Below, piece after piece: positions 27,684 to 38,564 of a stretch of DNA of 64,000 nt (within the stretch, counting starts at the first letter, position 1; every line of letters begins with the position of its first letter). The stretch is from contig CAXXTU010000002.1 in assembly GCA_963662655.2 (NCBI GenBank), forward strand, positions 1,760,001 to 1,824,000. The letters run 5' to 3'. A program made the translations under genes and the position numbers. Source of the stretch: Candidatus Cloacimonadales bacterium (GTDB taxonomy: Bacteria; Cloacimonadota; Cloacimonadia; Cloacimonadales; JAIOQZ01). The notes under the pieces were generated by a model that saw nothing but the letters and a program-made list of their open reading frames with translations, had not been told where the DNA came from and searched no databases.

Positions 27684-28739
27684 TTATAACCATTTCTTGC
27701 GCTTGAAAAACAACAACATCACGACAACCACGATTACCAGAATGAACAGCACGGCCGGATAGCCCCAGTGGAACTCCAACTCCGGCATGTAACGGAAATT
27801 CATGCCATACAATCCAACAATGAAGCTGAGTGGAATAAATATGGTCGAGATGATCGTGAGCGTCTTCATGACTTCGTTCATGCGGTTGCTTATGTTCGAC
27901 ATGTACAGCTCGATCAAGCTGGTGATGCTCTCGCGCAAGGCATCCACAGAGTCTCGTATCATGACGGCATGCTCGAAAAGGTCGTGGTAGTACATGCTCA
28001 AATCCGTGCCGTTGCTGAGACGTATTTCCTTGTCCAGGCGGTTCATCATCTCATATACGTGTCGCGAATCCTTTCGGAGCTCGAGAACGTCCGAACGATA
28101 ACGATAGATATCGCGGATCGTCCCGGTACTTGGACTTTCAAGCACCGCATTCTCTGATTCTTCGAGGCGCTGCGTAATGTCTTCCAGAACCGGGAAATAA
28201 TAATCGAGCACGATATCCATCAAGCAGTAATACAGATAACAGACGCCCTGCCGTCGGATGCGCCCACTTCCCTCCATGATTCGCTTGCGTAAGGGTTCCA
28301 GAAACGACCGGTCTTCGGACTCCTGCATGGAGATCACCGTGTTTCCGGTCATGATGAGGCTGATCTGCTCCTTCTTCAGGATATCCTTCTCGTACTCGTA
28401 GCGATTCAGCAGGGAGAACACGTAATTGTCTTCTTCATAAATGCGGCAGAACTGCACCGTATGGAGGATGTCCTCCAAATGCAGCCCATGAATCCCGAAG
28501 CGTTGACCGAGATGCTGAACGAGATGCTCATCCACGGCCCTCGTGATATGAATCCAGTGAACCCGCTCCTTCGTCTCCGACCACGTCAGGATGTCTTTGA
28601 TCGTATCGATGTCGATATGCTCGGCATTATATGAAATGCACTCGACATCAGCAATCCCATCCCTTTTCTCACCTGTGTAAGCAAGACTCCCGGGAGCTGT
28701 CCCGATCTTCTTCCTGTTGTTTCTCTTGATTCGATGCAT
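27684..28739 (-). CDS. corA: Mg/Co transporter CorA
   Basis: G.APGSL.YTG, NEVMKTLT, YGMNF..MPEL...WGY. Confidence 0.95.
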   Translation of the reverse strand: MHRIKRNNRKKIGTAPGSLAYTGEKRDGIADVECISYNAEHIDIDTIKDILTWSETKERVHWIHITRAVDEHLVQHLGQRFGIHGLHLEDILHTVQFCRIYEEDNYVFSLLNRYEYEKDILKKEQISLIMTGNTVISMQESEDRSFLEPLRKRIMEGSGRIRRQGVCYLYYCLMDIVLDYYFPVLEDITQRLEESENAVLESPSTGTIRDIYRYRSDVLELRKDSRHVYEMMNRLDKEIRLSNGTDLSMYYHDLFEHAVMIRDSVDALRESITSLIELYMSNISNRMNEVMKTLTIISTIFIPLSFIVGLYGMNFRYMPELEFHWGYPAVLFILVIVVVVMLLFFKRKKWL

Positions 28740-28748
28740 GCTCCCTTC

Positions 28749-29096
28749 TTACAGCTTCTTGTGGGTTTCGTTGATAAAAAAAGGTGGGGTGGTCTCATCA
28801 TTTTGTTTGAAAATGAAATCCAGCCGATTCCAAACAACAATTACGATCAAGGTCAGGGCCGGCAACAGTATCCAGTCGTCCCAGAACATCCTCTCTGAGA
28901 CACGCAACAACACTACGATGATGTAGGCGATCATCGCGGCAATCAACAGAAATCCGATGATCCACATCAATTTGTACCGCTTTCTCCAGGAAACCGGTAT
29001 ACCGTCGAGCTTTTTCACAGGATACAAATAGAATATCCCGCGTAAAAGGAAATAGGTTATCACCAGCAAAGGAATCAACAGGTAAACCCACAGCAT
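28749..29096 (-). CDS. Hypothetical membrane protein (3 TM)
   Basis: GAGGTG RBS; three hydrophobic segments; TTGACA on the minus strand near 29144-29149. Confidence 0.6.
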   Translation of the reverse strand: MLWVYLLIPLLVITYFLLRGIFYLYPVKKLDGIPVSWRKRYKLMWIIGFLLIAAMIAYIIVVLLRVSERMFWDDWILLPALTLIVIVVWNRLDFIFKQNDETTPPFFINETHKKL

Positions 29097-29240
29097 GATC
29101 ACCTCGAAGTTTTTTTCTTACTATTCTCTAAGCTGCGTAATATTGTCAAGCTCGAAGAGGTTGAGACTGTTTCTCGCGATATCGATGATTTTTCGGATCA
29201 AAAAAAATTTTCCATTGACAAGAAAACGATTATACTGTTT

Positions 29241-30966
<1,726 letters not shown>

Positions 30967-30987
30967 ACCATTTCGCATTAGATTACG

Positions 30988-31014
30988 AGCCCCGAAGAAA
31001 TTCGGGGCTTTTTT
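30988..31014 (+). terminator. Rho-independent terminator of groL
   Basis: AGCCCCGAA-GAAA-TTCGGGGCT followed by a T tract. Confidence 0.9.
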
Positions 31015-31064
31015 CATAACATCCTTTTTTTAGCTATTCACAATGATTGACACAAACATTGAGG

Positions 31065-31928
31065 TTAATACCAAGCCTCATAAAACATTGATGTTGATGA
31101 AATTTTGCCGGATTTCTTCGTATTGCATCTGTGACACAGTAATTGCATATTGGTGACATCATTAGTTCCTCCCTTTACTAAAGGGACCATGTGGTCGAAG
31201 TACTCCTTATTGTTTAAACTAACCAAATTAGTCAAATCCTTGTTGCACAGAACACATCGACCACGATCTCGAAAAAAAACAGCTCTTTTAACCCATCTTG
31301 GTATATACACTCTTTTCAATCTGCCATCCGATGAAAAGTTGACTTTTTTATCACCAGCCATTTCATCAATCCTTTCCGTTGAAATCACTTCAGCAATAAG
31401 TGAATTGAAATCCAAAAGGATTTTTCTGTTCGAAAACAGCAGAAAAAAAACTTCACTTACTAACCTATCTAATAAACCGTAATAGAGCCCCGACTCTTGC
31501 AGATAAGAATAGTAATCATTGGCAATATCTATCTCAACTTTGTCATAGCTAATACCATAGTCCGATAACCATTGTAAAAATCCAATATGCACCATTCCGT
31601 ACTCTCTTAGAGCACCATTAATTGGAAGTTCTCGAATTAAGTCAGCATATGGATGAACATCTTTTACACGATTGTATTCATTTGATTTATTTTGAAAGTC
31701 TATTCTATATAACTCTTCGTAAAATAATCTATCGACTATAAATTCGATAAATTCATGGAGTATTGAAAATTTCTGATAGGGCTTATAGAAAAATAAGTTC
31801 ATTGGTTCCCCATAGAATTCATCAATAGCCCTACAATAATCCATTGTATTCTCAAGAACATTCTTAATAACACCAGCATAATAGTAAGTATATGAATATC
31901 GAATCTCGATGCTTTGCCTCTTGATCAT
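31065..31928 (-). CDS. HNH endonuclease-domain protein in an AT-rich segment
   Basis: C-terminal VFFRDRGRCVLC...FDHMVPL.KGGTND..N.QLLC..CN..K; visibly AT-rich compared with the flanks. Confidence 0.85.
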   Translation of the reverse strand: MIKRQSIEIRYSYTYYYAGVIKNVLENTMDYCRAIDEFYGEPMNLFFYKPYQKFSILHEFIEFIVDRLFYEELYRIDFQNKSNEYNRVKDVHPYADLIRELPINGALREYGMVHIGFLQWLSDYGISYDKVEIDIANDYYSYLQESGLYYGLLDRLVSEVFFLLFSNRKILLDFNSLIAEVISTERIDEMAGDKKVNFSSDGRLKRVYIPRWVKRAVFFRDRGRCVLCNKDLTNLVSLNNKEYFDHMVPLVKGGTNDVTNMQLLCHRCNTKKSGKISSTSMFYEAWY

Positions 31929-32063
31929 AGCCTCTCCAAGAAACCAGTAATTACCTTATTCAATATATAAACATCTAAAAAAATTCACCTCAACAACATT
32001 GAGTCAAGGACTTTATTTACATAAGAAGACGCGATACTTGCAGAAAACACTTGTAGTAACCTT

Positions 32064-32102
32064 AAAAAAGAACCGATAACGTCATCGACGCATCGGTTCT
32101 TT
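32064..32102 (-). terminator. Terminator after the response regulator
   Basis: AGAACCGAT/ATCGGTTCT stem with an A6 tract on the left. Confidence 0.7.
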
Positions 32103-32138
32103 CATTGGATGTTGTGGATTATATTGTGGGACGAACCG

Positions 32139-32810
32139 CTATTCGTCCTTCATGATGTAACCTTTTCCGCGCACGGTATAGATCAGTTTCTTGCTGAAAC
32201 CGCGATCCATTTTGTTGCGCAGGTGATGAATGTAAACGTTCACCACGTTGGTTACCGGGTCGTAGCTCATGTCCCAAACGTTTTCGACAATCTCGAGCTC
32301 GGAAACGACTCTTCCTTTGTTCCGCATCAGGAATTCAAGCAAGGCATATTCCTTGCCGGTAAGCTGAACAACCTTGCCAGCGCGGTTCACGCGTCTGCTG
32401 AGGAGGTCAAACTCAAGATCGGCAACCTTGAGGATAATACCCTTGTATTCCTGATCGCGACGAATCAAGGCCCTGATGCGAGCGATTAATTCGCTGAATG
32501 AGAACGGCTTGCACAGATAGTCATCCGCGCCGGCGTCGAGTCCCTTGATCTTATCGTCGATGGTATCCTTACCCGTAAGCATGATGACTGGAGTCAAAAT
32601 GCCTTGTTTACGCACGTTTTTACAAACTTCAACACCGTCTTTTCCGGGTATCATGATATCCATTATTATAAGATCGAATTTGTTCTTTGAAATCTCTTCG
32701 ATTGCTTCATTGCCGTTGGCAATGATTTCGACATCAAACGACTCTTCTTTGAGGCCTTTTTGAATGAAATCGGCAACCTTTTTTTCGTCTTCAACAAGTA
32801 GTATTCGCAT
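32139..32810 (-). CDS. OmpR/PhoB-family response regulator with no adjacent kinase
   Basis: GGAGGT RBS; MRILLVEDE, DIMIP, GADDYL.KPF, LT.KEY.LLE.L, TVRG.GY. Confidence 0.92.
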   Translation of the reverse strand: MRILLVEDEKKVADFIQKGLKEESFDVEIIANGNEAIEEISKNKFDLIIMDIMIPGKDGVEVCKNVRKQGILTPVIMLTGKDTIDDKIKGLDAGADDYLCKPFSFSELIARIRALIRRDQEYKGIILKVADLEFDLLSRRVNRAGKVVQLTGKEYALLEFLMRNKGRVVSELEIVENVWDMSYDPVTNVVNVYIHHLRNKMDRGFSKKLIYTVRGKGYIMKDE

Positions 32811-33054
32811 AGCGCGTACCTCCATTTAATCTAAGACCAAAACTCACTCTCGTGAATCCACTTAGCATCTATGTAAAAATATTTATCATAGATATATTAA
32901 AGCATTGTGTCGAAATGCCGATAAAAAAATGAAAAATATTTTTTCGTGAATGCAAAATAGATTCAGGGAGGAAGAAATGAGCATTCGGAATGAAAAACCA
33001 AAGAGCGGAACGAACAGCATCGACTCGATCGAAAAGCTGGCAGTTTTAGTGCAC

Positions 33055-33213
33055 GACAGTATCATTGAACACCGCAGGGACGCGATTGTTGCACAGATCG
33101 TCCAGATTCCCGCATAAACTGAATCGGAAAGCCTGCCAATGTTCGGCTGCTCCTGTCTTCAGGAGCCCATAAAAAGTTTGTTCCAGACCTCGCTTCACCA
33201 CGAAGCGACTGTC
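33055..33213. other. Multi-stem structured intergenic segment of unknown identity
   Basis: GACAGT/ACTGTC closing stem; GAACA..GCAGG/CCTGC..TGTTC; GCTCCTG/CAGGAGC; CGCTTC/GAAGCG. Confidence 0.35.
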
Positions 33214-33221
33214 TCCATTGT

Positions 33222-33258
33222 AAAAGAGCCGCCCCATCTCCGGGAGCGGCCCTTTTTT
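33222..33258 (-). terminator. Terminator after the ABC exporter (possibly bidirectional)
   Basis: GCCGC/GCGGC stem with A and T tracts on both sides. Confidence 0.65.
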
Positions 33259-33274
33259 ATTATCTTCTCAATAA

Positions 33275-35086
33275 TTATCCCGTCAGTAGCGCTTTCTCGT
33301 TCTCTTCCAGGAACTGATTCGTGTACAGATTGTAGTAATGTCCCTTCAAACGAATCAGGTCGTGGTGCGATCCCTCCTCGATCACCTCGCCCTTGCTCAG
33401 CACCAGGATGCGGTCCGCGGAACGTATCGTGGAGAGCCGGTGCGCGATCAGGAAACTTGTGCGACCCTTGAGCAGTTTGTCGATCGCGTCCTGGATCAGG
33501 TGCTCGGTTTCCGTATCGATGGACGAAGTCGCTTCGTCGAGAATGAATATCTGCGGATCGGATATGATCGCCCGTGCAAAGGAGAGCATCTGCTTCTCGC
33601 CGGTAGAAAGCATGTTTCCGCCCTCGCCCACAGAAGTATCGAGTCCCTTCTCCATCCGCGCGATCAGCTTGTCCGCATTTACAAGACTCAGCGCTTTGAG
33701 AATTTCCTCGTCGGTAGCGTCAAGCTTGCCGTAGCGGATGTTATCCCGGATGGTTCCGTTGAACAGGTGCGGTGTTTGAAGAACAACACCAATGTTAGAC
33801 TGCAATTTCTCCAGCGGGATATCGTGGCTGTCGGTGCCATCGAAGCTGATGCTTCCCGATTGCGGCTGATAAAACCGGCAGACCAGATTCACGATCGTCG
33901 TCTTGCCGGAACCGGTCTCGCCCACCAGGGCAATCTTCTCTCCGGCGCGAATCTTCAAGCTGAAATCCCTGAGAACAGTCTCCCCTTTCTTATATGCGAA
34001 GCTCACATTCTCAAAGCAAATCTCCTTATCGATGCTGAAGGGCTTGTCGCCCCAGCCTTTCGTCCGGGATTCATCATCCTTGATCTCCACTTCCGTATCC
34101 AAGAGCGAGAACACCCGTTCTGCCGAGGCTTGCGCGTTCTGCATCTCCGCGAATATCCGCGCGATCTGCCACACCGGCTCGAAGAACTGCACGATGTAGG
34201 AGGTAAAGGCCACCAGCGTACCGTACGTCATTACGCCGGCAATAACGCCCGAGCCGCCGAACCACACGACGAGCCCCGATCCCAGCGCGCTGATGAACAG
34301 CACCACGGGAAAGTAGATCGCCGAAAGGATCGCCGCACGCACCGAAGCGCTGTACATCGAGCCGGTGAGACTCTGGAACTCCGAAAGGTTCTCCTTCTCC
34401 CGCACCAGCGTCTTGGTGGTCTTGGCGCCGTTGATTCCCTCGTTGAATGCGCCGGTGATTTTCGAATTGATCTTGCGCACCTTGCGGTAGGAGCCGAGGA
34501 TCACCGTCTGGAACTTCAAGCTAACGATCACCAGCACCGGCACGACCGACAACGCGATCAGCGCCAGCTTCCAGTTGAGAATCAACATCACGACTGATAT
34601 GCCGATCATCAGCGCGATACCCCAAACCATGTCGACGATGCCCCAGGCAATGGTCTCGCCCAGACGTTCGCAGTCGGAGGTCATTCGCGCCATCAGCCAG
34701 CCCACGGGCGTCCGGTCGAAATAGGTGAAGGAAAGCTCTTGCAGCTTGTTGAATCCATCCCGCCGGATGGTGTAGATCATGTTGGTCTCCAGCTTACCGG
34801 CGATCAATATGAACATGCAAATATTGAATCCGAACACAACGACGATCCCGAAATAGATCGCGGCGAATCGCCAGATTCCGTCCAGATTCTTCGGAACGAT
34901 GTAGTGATCGATCACGTACCTCGTGAACAGCGGGAACACGGTGTCCATCAGTGCCGTCAGTAGCATGCAGACGAGCAGAAACCCCAGCATGACCTTGTAT
35001 TTCAGCGCATACTGGAACACGCGAACCCACAGTTTGTAGTCGAATCGCTTTGTATAATCTTGTTCTTCGAATGCTGTATGTGCCAT
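33275..35086 (-). CDS. ABC exporter subunit (TMD+NBD) with degenerate signature LSTGE
   Basis: 6-TM domain; GETGSGKT, LSTGEKQ, ILDEATS, AHRLST. Confidence 0.93.
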   Translation of the reverse strand: MAHTAFEEQDYTKRFDYKLWVRVFQYALKYKVMLGFLLVCMLLTALMDTVFPLFTRYVIDHYIVPKNLDGIWRFAAIYFGIVVVFGFNICMFILIAGKLETNMIYTIRRDGFNKLQELSFTYFDRTPVGWLMARMTSDCERLGETIAWGIVDMVWGIALMIGISVVMLILNWKLALIALSVVPVLVIVSLKFQTVILGSYRKVRKINSKITGAFNEGINGAKTTKTLVREKENLSEFQSLTGSMYSASVRAAILSAIYFPVVLFISALGSGLVVWFGGSGVIAGVMTYGTLVAFTSYIVQFFEPVWQIARIFAEMQNAQASAERVFSLLDTEVEIKDDESRTKGWGDKPFSIDKEICFENVSFAYKKGETVLRDFSLKIRAGEKIALVGETGSGKTTIVNLVCRFYQPQSGSISFDGTDSHDIPLEKLQSNIGVVLQTPHLFNGTIRDNIRYGKLDATDEEILKALSLVNADKLIARMEKGLDTSVGEGGNMLSTGEKQMLSFARAIISDPQIFILDEATSSIDTETEHLIQDAIDKLLKGRTSFLIAHRLSTIRSADRILVLSKGEVIEEGSHHDLIRLKGHYYNLYTNQFLEENEKALLTG

Positions 35087-35200
35087 CTTGTTACTCCAAA
35101 TCTATTAAACGTAATTCCACGCAGAAATTTGAATTACCATTTGTTGTGCGTCTTGTCCCTGTTCATGCCGTCGATCGTGTAAGGATAAAAGAGGACATCC

Positions 35201-37072
35201 TTACGCGGGGCGCGGCTCTTTCTTATCTTCCATGCCGGAACGTTCAGATAACATATCAACTTCTTCATCCAGTTCATTTTGAACATCCTTTTCCAGAGCG
35301 TTCTGGATATTCCATATCCTCTGGTACAAACCTTCCTGCCCCACAAGCTCGCGGTGCGTTCCCTGCTGAACGATACGTCCGCCGTCCAGCACCAGGATCA
35401 TATCCGCCTCCACCAGCGTGGTGATGCGGTGGGCAATTATGAAGGTCGTTACCTTGTCTTTCTTGCTTTTCAGGGCGGCCCGAATGCGAGAGTCCGTCTC
35501 AGTGTCAACCGCGCTGAGCGAGTCGTCGAAGATCAAAATCGGCGCGTTCATGATGATCGATCTCGCAATCGCCACCCTCTGCTTCTGTCCGCCGGAGAGG
35601 GTCACGCCCTTTTCTCCGACAACGGTTTCATAGCCATCCTCGAATCGCTCGATCACATCGTGGATCGAAGCGACTTCCGTCGCCTGCGCGACGTGCTCGA
35701 ACGTTGATCCGGGAGTACCCAGCCGGATGTTCTCCTCCAACGTTCTGGAGAACAGGAAGGGCTCCTGCAGGACGATTGCCGTGTTCTGCCGGAGATACTC
35801 GCGATCGATCTCGCGGATGTCGTGACCGTCCAGACGAATGCTACCCGCCGTCACGTCGTACAGCCTTGGAATCAGGTTCACCATGCTGCTTTTTCCGGAT
35901 CCGGTCGGCCCCAGGATTGCCACGGTTTTGCCAGCCTCCACTTTGAAGCTGACATCCCGGAGGATCGGATTCTTGCCATCGTAATCGAAGCAGACGTTCT
36001 CGAACTCGATGTTCCCTCTGATCGGCGCTGGCTTGATGCCGGTGTTCTCCAGCGGCTCTTCCGGCTCGTCCAGTACCTCTTGTATACGGGTTACCGAGAC
36101 AAACGTCTTACCCATATCGGTGAGGATTCTTCCCATCTGCCGAATCGGCCACAGGAGTGAATGGACGTAGCTCACGAAGGCCACCAGCGTTCCGATGGAA
36201 ATCTCCCCCTGCACCGCGCGATACGATCCGATGATCATGATCACCAGCACCTGCAGGAAGCAGAGCGTGTCCGACGAGCCCCAGTAGAAGCCCATCAGCC
36301 GGATGAACCGGTACCACTTGTCGCGATTGTCGCTGTTCTTTCCGTGGAATTTGTCGATCTCGAACGCCTGCCGGTGAAACGCCTTCACAACGCGAATACC
36401 GGAGAGGTTCTCCTGCAGCATTGCCGACATCGCGCCTTCGGCTTCGTCCGCAAGCTTGAAATTCCTCTCTACCTTCATGAAGAAGATCACCGCGAATGTG
36501 AAGATGATCGGGATCACGGACATCGACGCAAGCGTCATACGCCAGTCAAGCGAGATCATGATCGGCAGCACCATGGCCAGCATGAAGAGCGCTCGTCCCA
36601 CTTCAACGAACTGCATCGCCAGGAAGCGTCGGATCGTTTCGACGTCCGACGAACAGCGCTGAATCAGGTCCCCCGTCTCCACCTTGACATGGTAGGAGAA
36701 GGGAAGCCGCTGAATGTGATCATACAATTTATCGCGCAGATTTTTCGCGGTTGATTCCGACGCCTCCGCCAGCCATTTGCCCTTCACAAAGAAGAAGATT
36801 CCCTGCGAGGCGGTGATCAGCACCAGGATGCTCGCCAAGCGCCACAGGTTCGTCTGCAACGTATCTCTTCCTCCCAATGCGCCGAGAAAGCGCTCACCCA
36901 GTGTTCCGCTGGCGACCTGCATGTCGCCGATCACCGAGTCGATGGTAATCCGCATGACCAGCGGTGACAGAAACTGGAAAAATGCCGCAAAAATAATCGC
37001 TACTACCGAAAGCAGATAAAGCGTTCGGTTACCTTTCATGTAACTCCATAAAATCTTTAATTTTTTCTTCAT
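35201..37072 (-). CDS. ABC exporter subunit (TMD+NBD) with degenerate Walker B (IFDD); heterodimer partner
   Basis: GPTGSGKS, LSGGQKQR, IFDDSLSAVD, AHR; tandem pair typical of heterodimeric exporters. Confidence 0.93.
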   Translation of the reverse strand: MKKKLKILWSYMKGNRTLYLLSVVAIIFAAFFQFLSPLVMRITIDSVIGDMQVASGTLGERFLGALGGRDTLQTNLWRLASILVLITASQGIFFFVKGKWLAEASESTAKNLRDKLYDHIQRLPFSYHVKVETGDLIQRCSSDVETIRRFLAMQFVEVGRALFMLAMVLPIMISLDWRMTLASMSVIPIIFTFAVIFFMKVERNFKLADEAEGAMSAMLQENLSGIRVVKAFHRQAFEIDKFHGKNSDNRDKWYRFIRLMGFYWGSSDTLCFLQVLVIMIIGSYRAVQGEISIGTLVAFVSYVHSLLWPIRQMGRILTDMGKTFVSVTRIQEVLDEPEEPLENTGIKPAPIRGNIEFENVCFDYDGKNPILRDVSFKVEAGKTVAILGPTGSGKSSMVNLIPRLYDVTAGSIRLDGHDIREIDREYLRQNTAIVLQEPFLFSRTLEENIRLGTPGSTFEHVAQATEVASIHDVIERFEDGYETVVGEKGVTLSGGQKQRVAIARSIIMNAPILIFDDSLSAVDTETDSRIRAALKSKKDKVTTFIIAHRITTLVEADMILVLDGGRIVQQGTHRELVGQEGLYQRIWNIQNALEKDVQNELDEEVDMLSERSGMEDKKEPRPA

Positions 37073-37159
37073 CGTTCTACTCCGAGTCGAAAATAATCGT
37101 TCTCTGTCGAATTCCTGTCCTGTCTGAAGCGTCCGCGCTTATATAAAATGATCTTATCA

Positions 37160-37240
37160 CAACAAAAGCCACCGATCCGTTTGGACCCGTGGCTTGGACA
37201 AAAAGAAAGCCACGGACATTTTTCAGAACGTCCGTGGCTT
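37160..37240 (-). terminator. Two tandem leader terminators upstream of the ABC exporter
   Basis: Minus strand: AAGCCACGGAC-N12-GTCCGTGGCTT TCTTTT (37240-37201), then AAGCCACGGGTCC-AAAC-GGATCGGTGGCTT TTGTT (37195-37161). Confidence 0.8.
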
Positions 37241-37255
37241 ATATTTATATTAAAA

Positions 37256-37354
37256 CTAATTCATATTCACCAACGGACGCATCTTGCCCCGACGACGATC
37301 AATAACGGATACAAACAATCTTCGAGACGTCATCTTACTGCTAAAGTCGAGCAT
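37256..37354 (-). CDS. Putative 32-aa leader peptide MLDFSSKMTSRRLFVSVIDRRRGKMRPLVNMN
   Basis: GGAGGT RBS 4 nt before the ATG; TTGACA at 37416-37411; stop 15 nt before the first terminator. Confidence 0.65.
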   Translation of the reverse strand: MLDFSSKMTSRRLFVSVIDRRRGKMRPLVNMN

Positions 37355-37466
37355 CGATACCTCCATTAATATTTTATTTTATGAGCCAATGATGTTCATC
37401 AATCATTTCGTGTCAAACAGTTTTTCCGCTTTTTCGAAATTTTTTATGAAATCCGGCCCCAATCGG

Positions 37467-38333
37467 CTACAAAATCGAATAGCTGAAACCGAGCGCCAGG
37501 TTCTCGCGATACTGAACATCATGGTCCTGCTGCTTGTCGAAGACCATCTCTACTTCCAGGTTCACGGTCAGGGATTTCCATATCTTGGCGTTGAGCGTGT
37601 TGAGCCACGTCACATCCGTCGATTTCCAGTCGTCGTTCGGGAGGTCGTCCGACTCCGAATTGAAAAGCGCCTGGAAGACGTTCAGCTTGCTCTCGAAGGT
37701 TACCGTCTCGTTCAGGGCTTTCATGTACTCGCCCACGAGCTCGAGACCGCCGTCGGTGACGGTATCGGTCTTCTGGTCGCCATTCTCATCGCGCGAATTG
37801 CGATCGATGTGCTGCCTTGCCGCCGCGCCAAATCTCGTGGAGAGTCGATGCGTCTCCTCATTGTAGAATATGTGAGCGACACCGGCGGACTCAGTGATGA
37901 GAACCGGATTGAAAGTCCGTGTGTTGTCCTCCTGGCTTTCATCGATGAACTGAGATTCCAACCTTACCGCCACGAACGGATCCACCACTTTTTTCAGCGT
38001 GAACCGGAACATCGATTCAAGATCGATAATGTCCGCGCTCTTCTCGGGCTTTGCCCAATACTTGTCGCCGTTCTCGTCAACTCCCTGTTGGTGTGCCTGA
38101 CCGAACGCGAGCTTCAGCGTATTGCGGTTGTGCAAGTAATCCTTAAGCTGTTTCTGCGCGGAGCCGTTGATCTTTGCCGTCCATGAAACGCCGCCCATCT
38201 CCGTACCATTCCAGTTGTTCGAGTAAGCGCTCTGGTTCATGAGGAAGCTGAAATCCGATTTGATTTCCCACTCTTCCGCAAAAAGAACGCTCATAAAAAC
38301 GACCATTATCAAAGCGATTATTGTTTTTTCCAT
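37467..38333 (-). CDS. DUF3078-like exported/outer-membrane protein
   Basis: Signal peptide; NQSAYS.NW.G, L.LAFG, W.K..D.IDLES; beta-strand C-terminus LALGFSYSIL. Confidence 0.7.
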   Translation of the reverse strand: MEKTIIALIMVVFMSVLFAEEWEIKSDFSFLMNQSAYSNNWNGTEMGGVSWTAKINGSAQKQLKDYLHNRNTLKLAFGQAHQQGVDENGDKYWAKPEKSADIIDLESMFRFTLKKVVDPFVAVRLESQFIDESQEDNTRTFNPVLITESAGVAHIFYNEETHRLSTRFGAAARQHIDRNSRDENGDQKTDTVTDGGLELVGEYMKALNETVTFESKLNVFQALFNSESDDLPNDDWKSTDVTWLNTLNAKIWKSLTVNLEVEMVFDKQQDHDVQYRENLALGFSYSIL

Positions 38334-38564
38334 TTCTCCTCCTTATTCCGATGAAACATTATACAAGCAGGAGTTGATGTCAATATAAACGCCGTGCACG
38401 CATACTCCCATTTTTTCATAAAGCTATGGTTCGTTGCCTGTTTGATGATGTTATCAACCGTTTGTCCTTCGATTATTTTGCACATTATTAACCACCACGA
38501 CACCCAAACTGTCATAGTTATTTTATCTGCACAGAAGTAAATCGGAGTGCATACGAACCGTTGT

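Noticed and set aside
33144..33168. AGGAGCAGCC (minus strand) as SRP RNA helix 8
   Set aside because: It lacks the CAGG-stem-GNRA-stem-AGCA arrangement.
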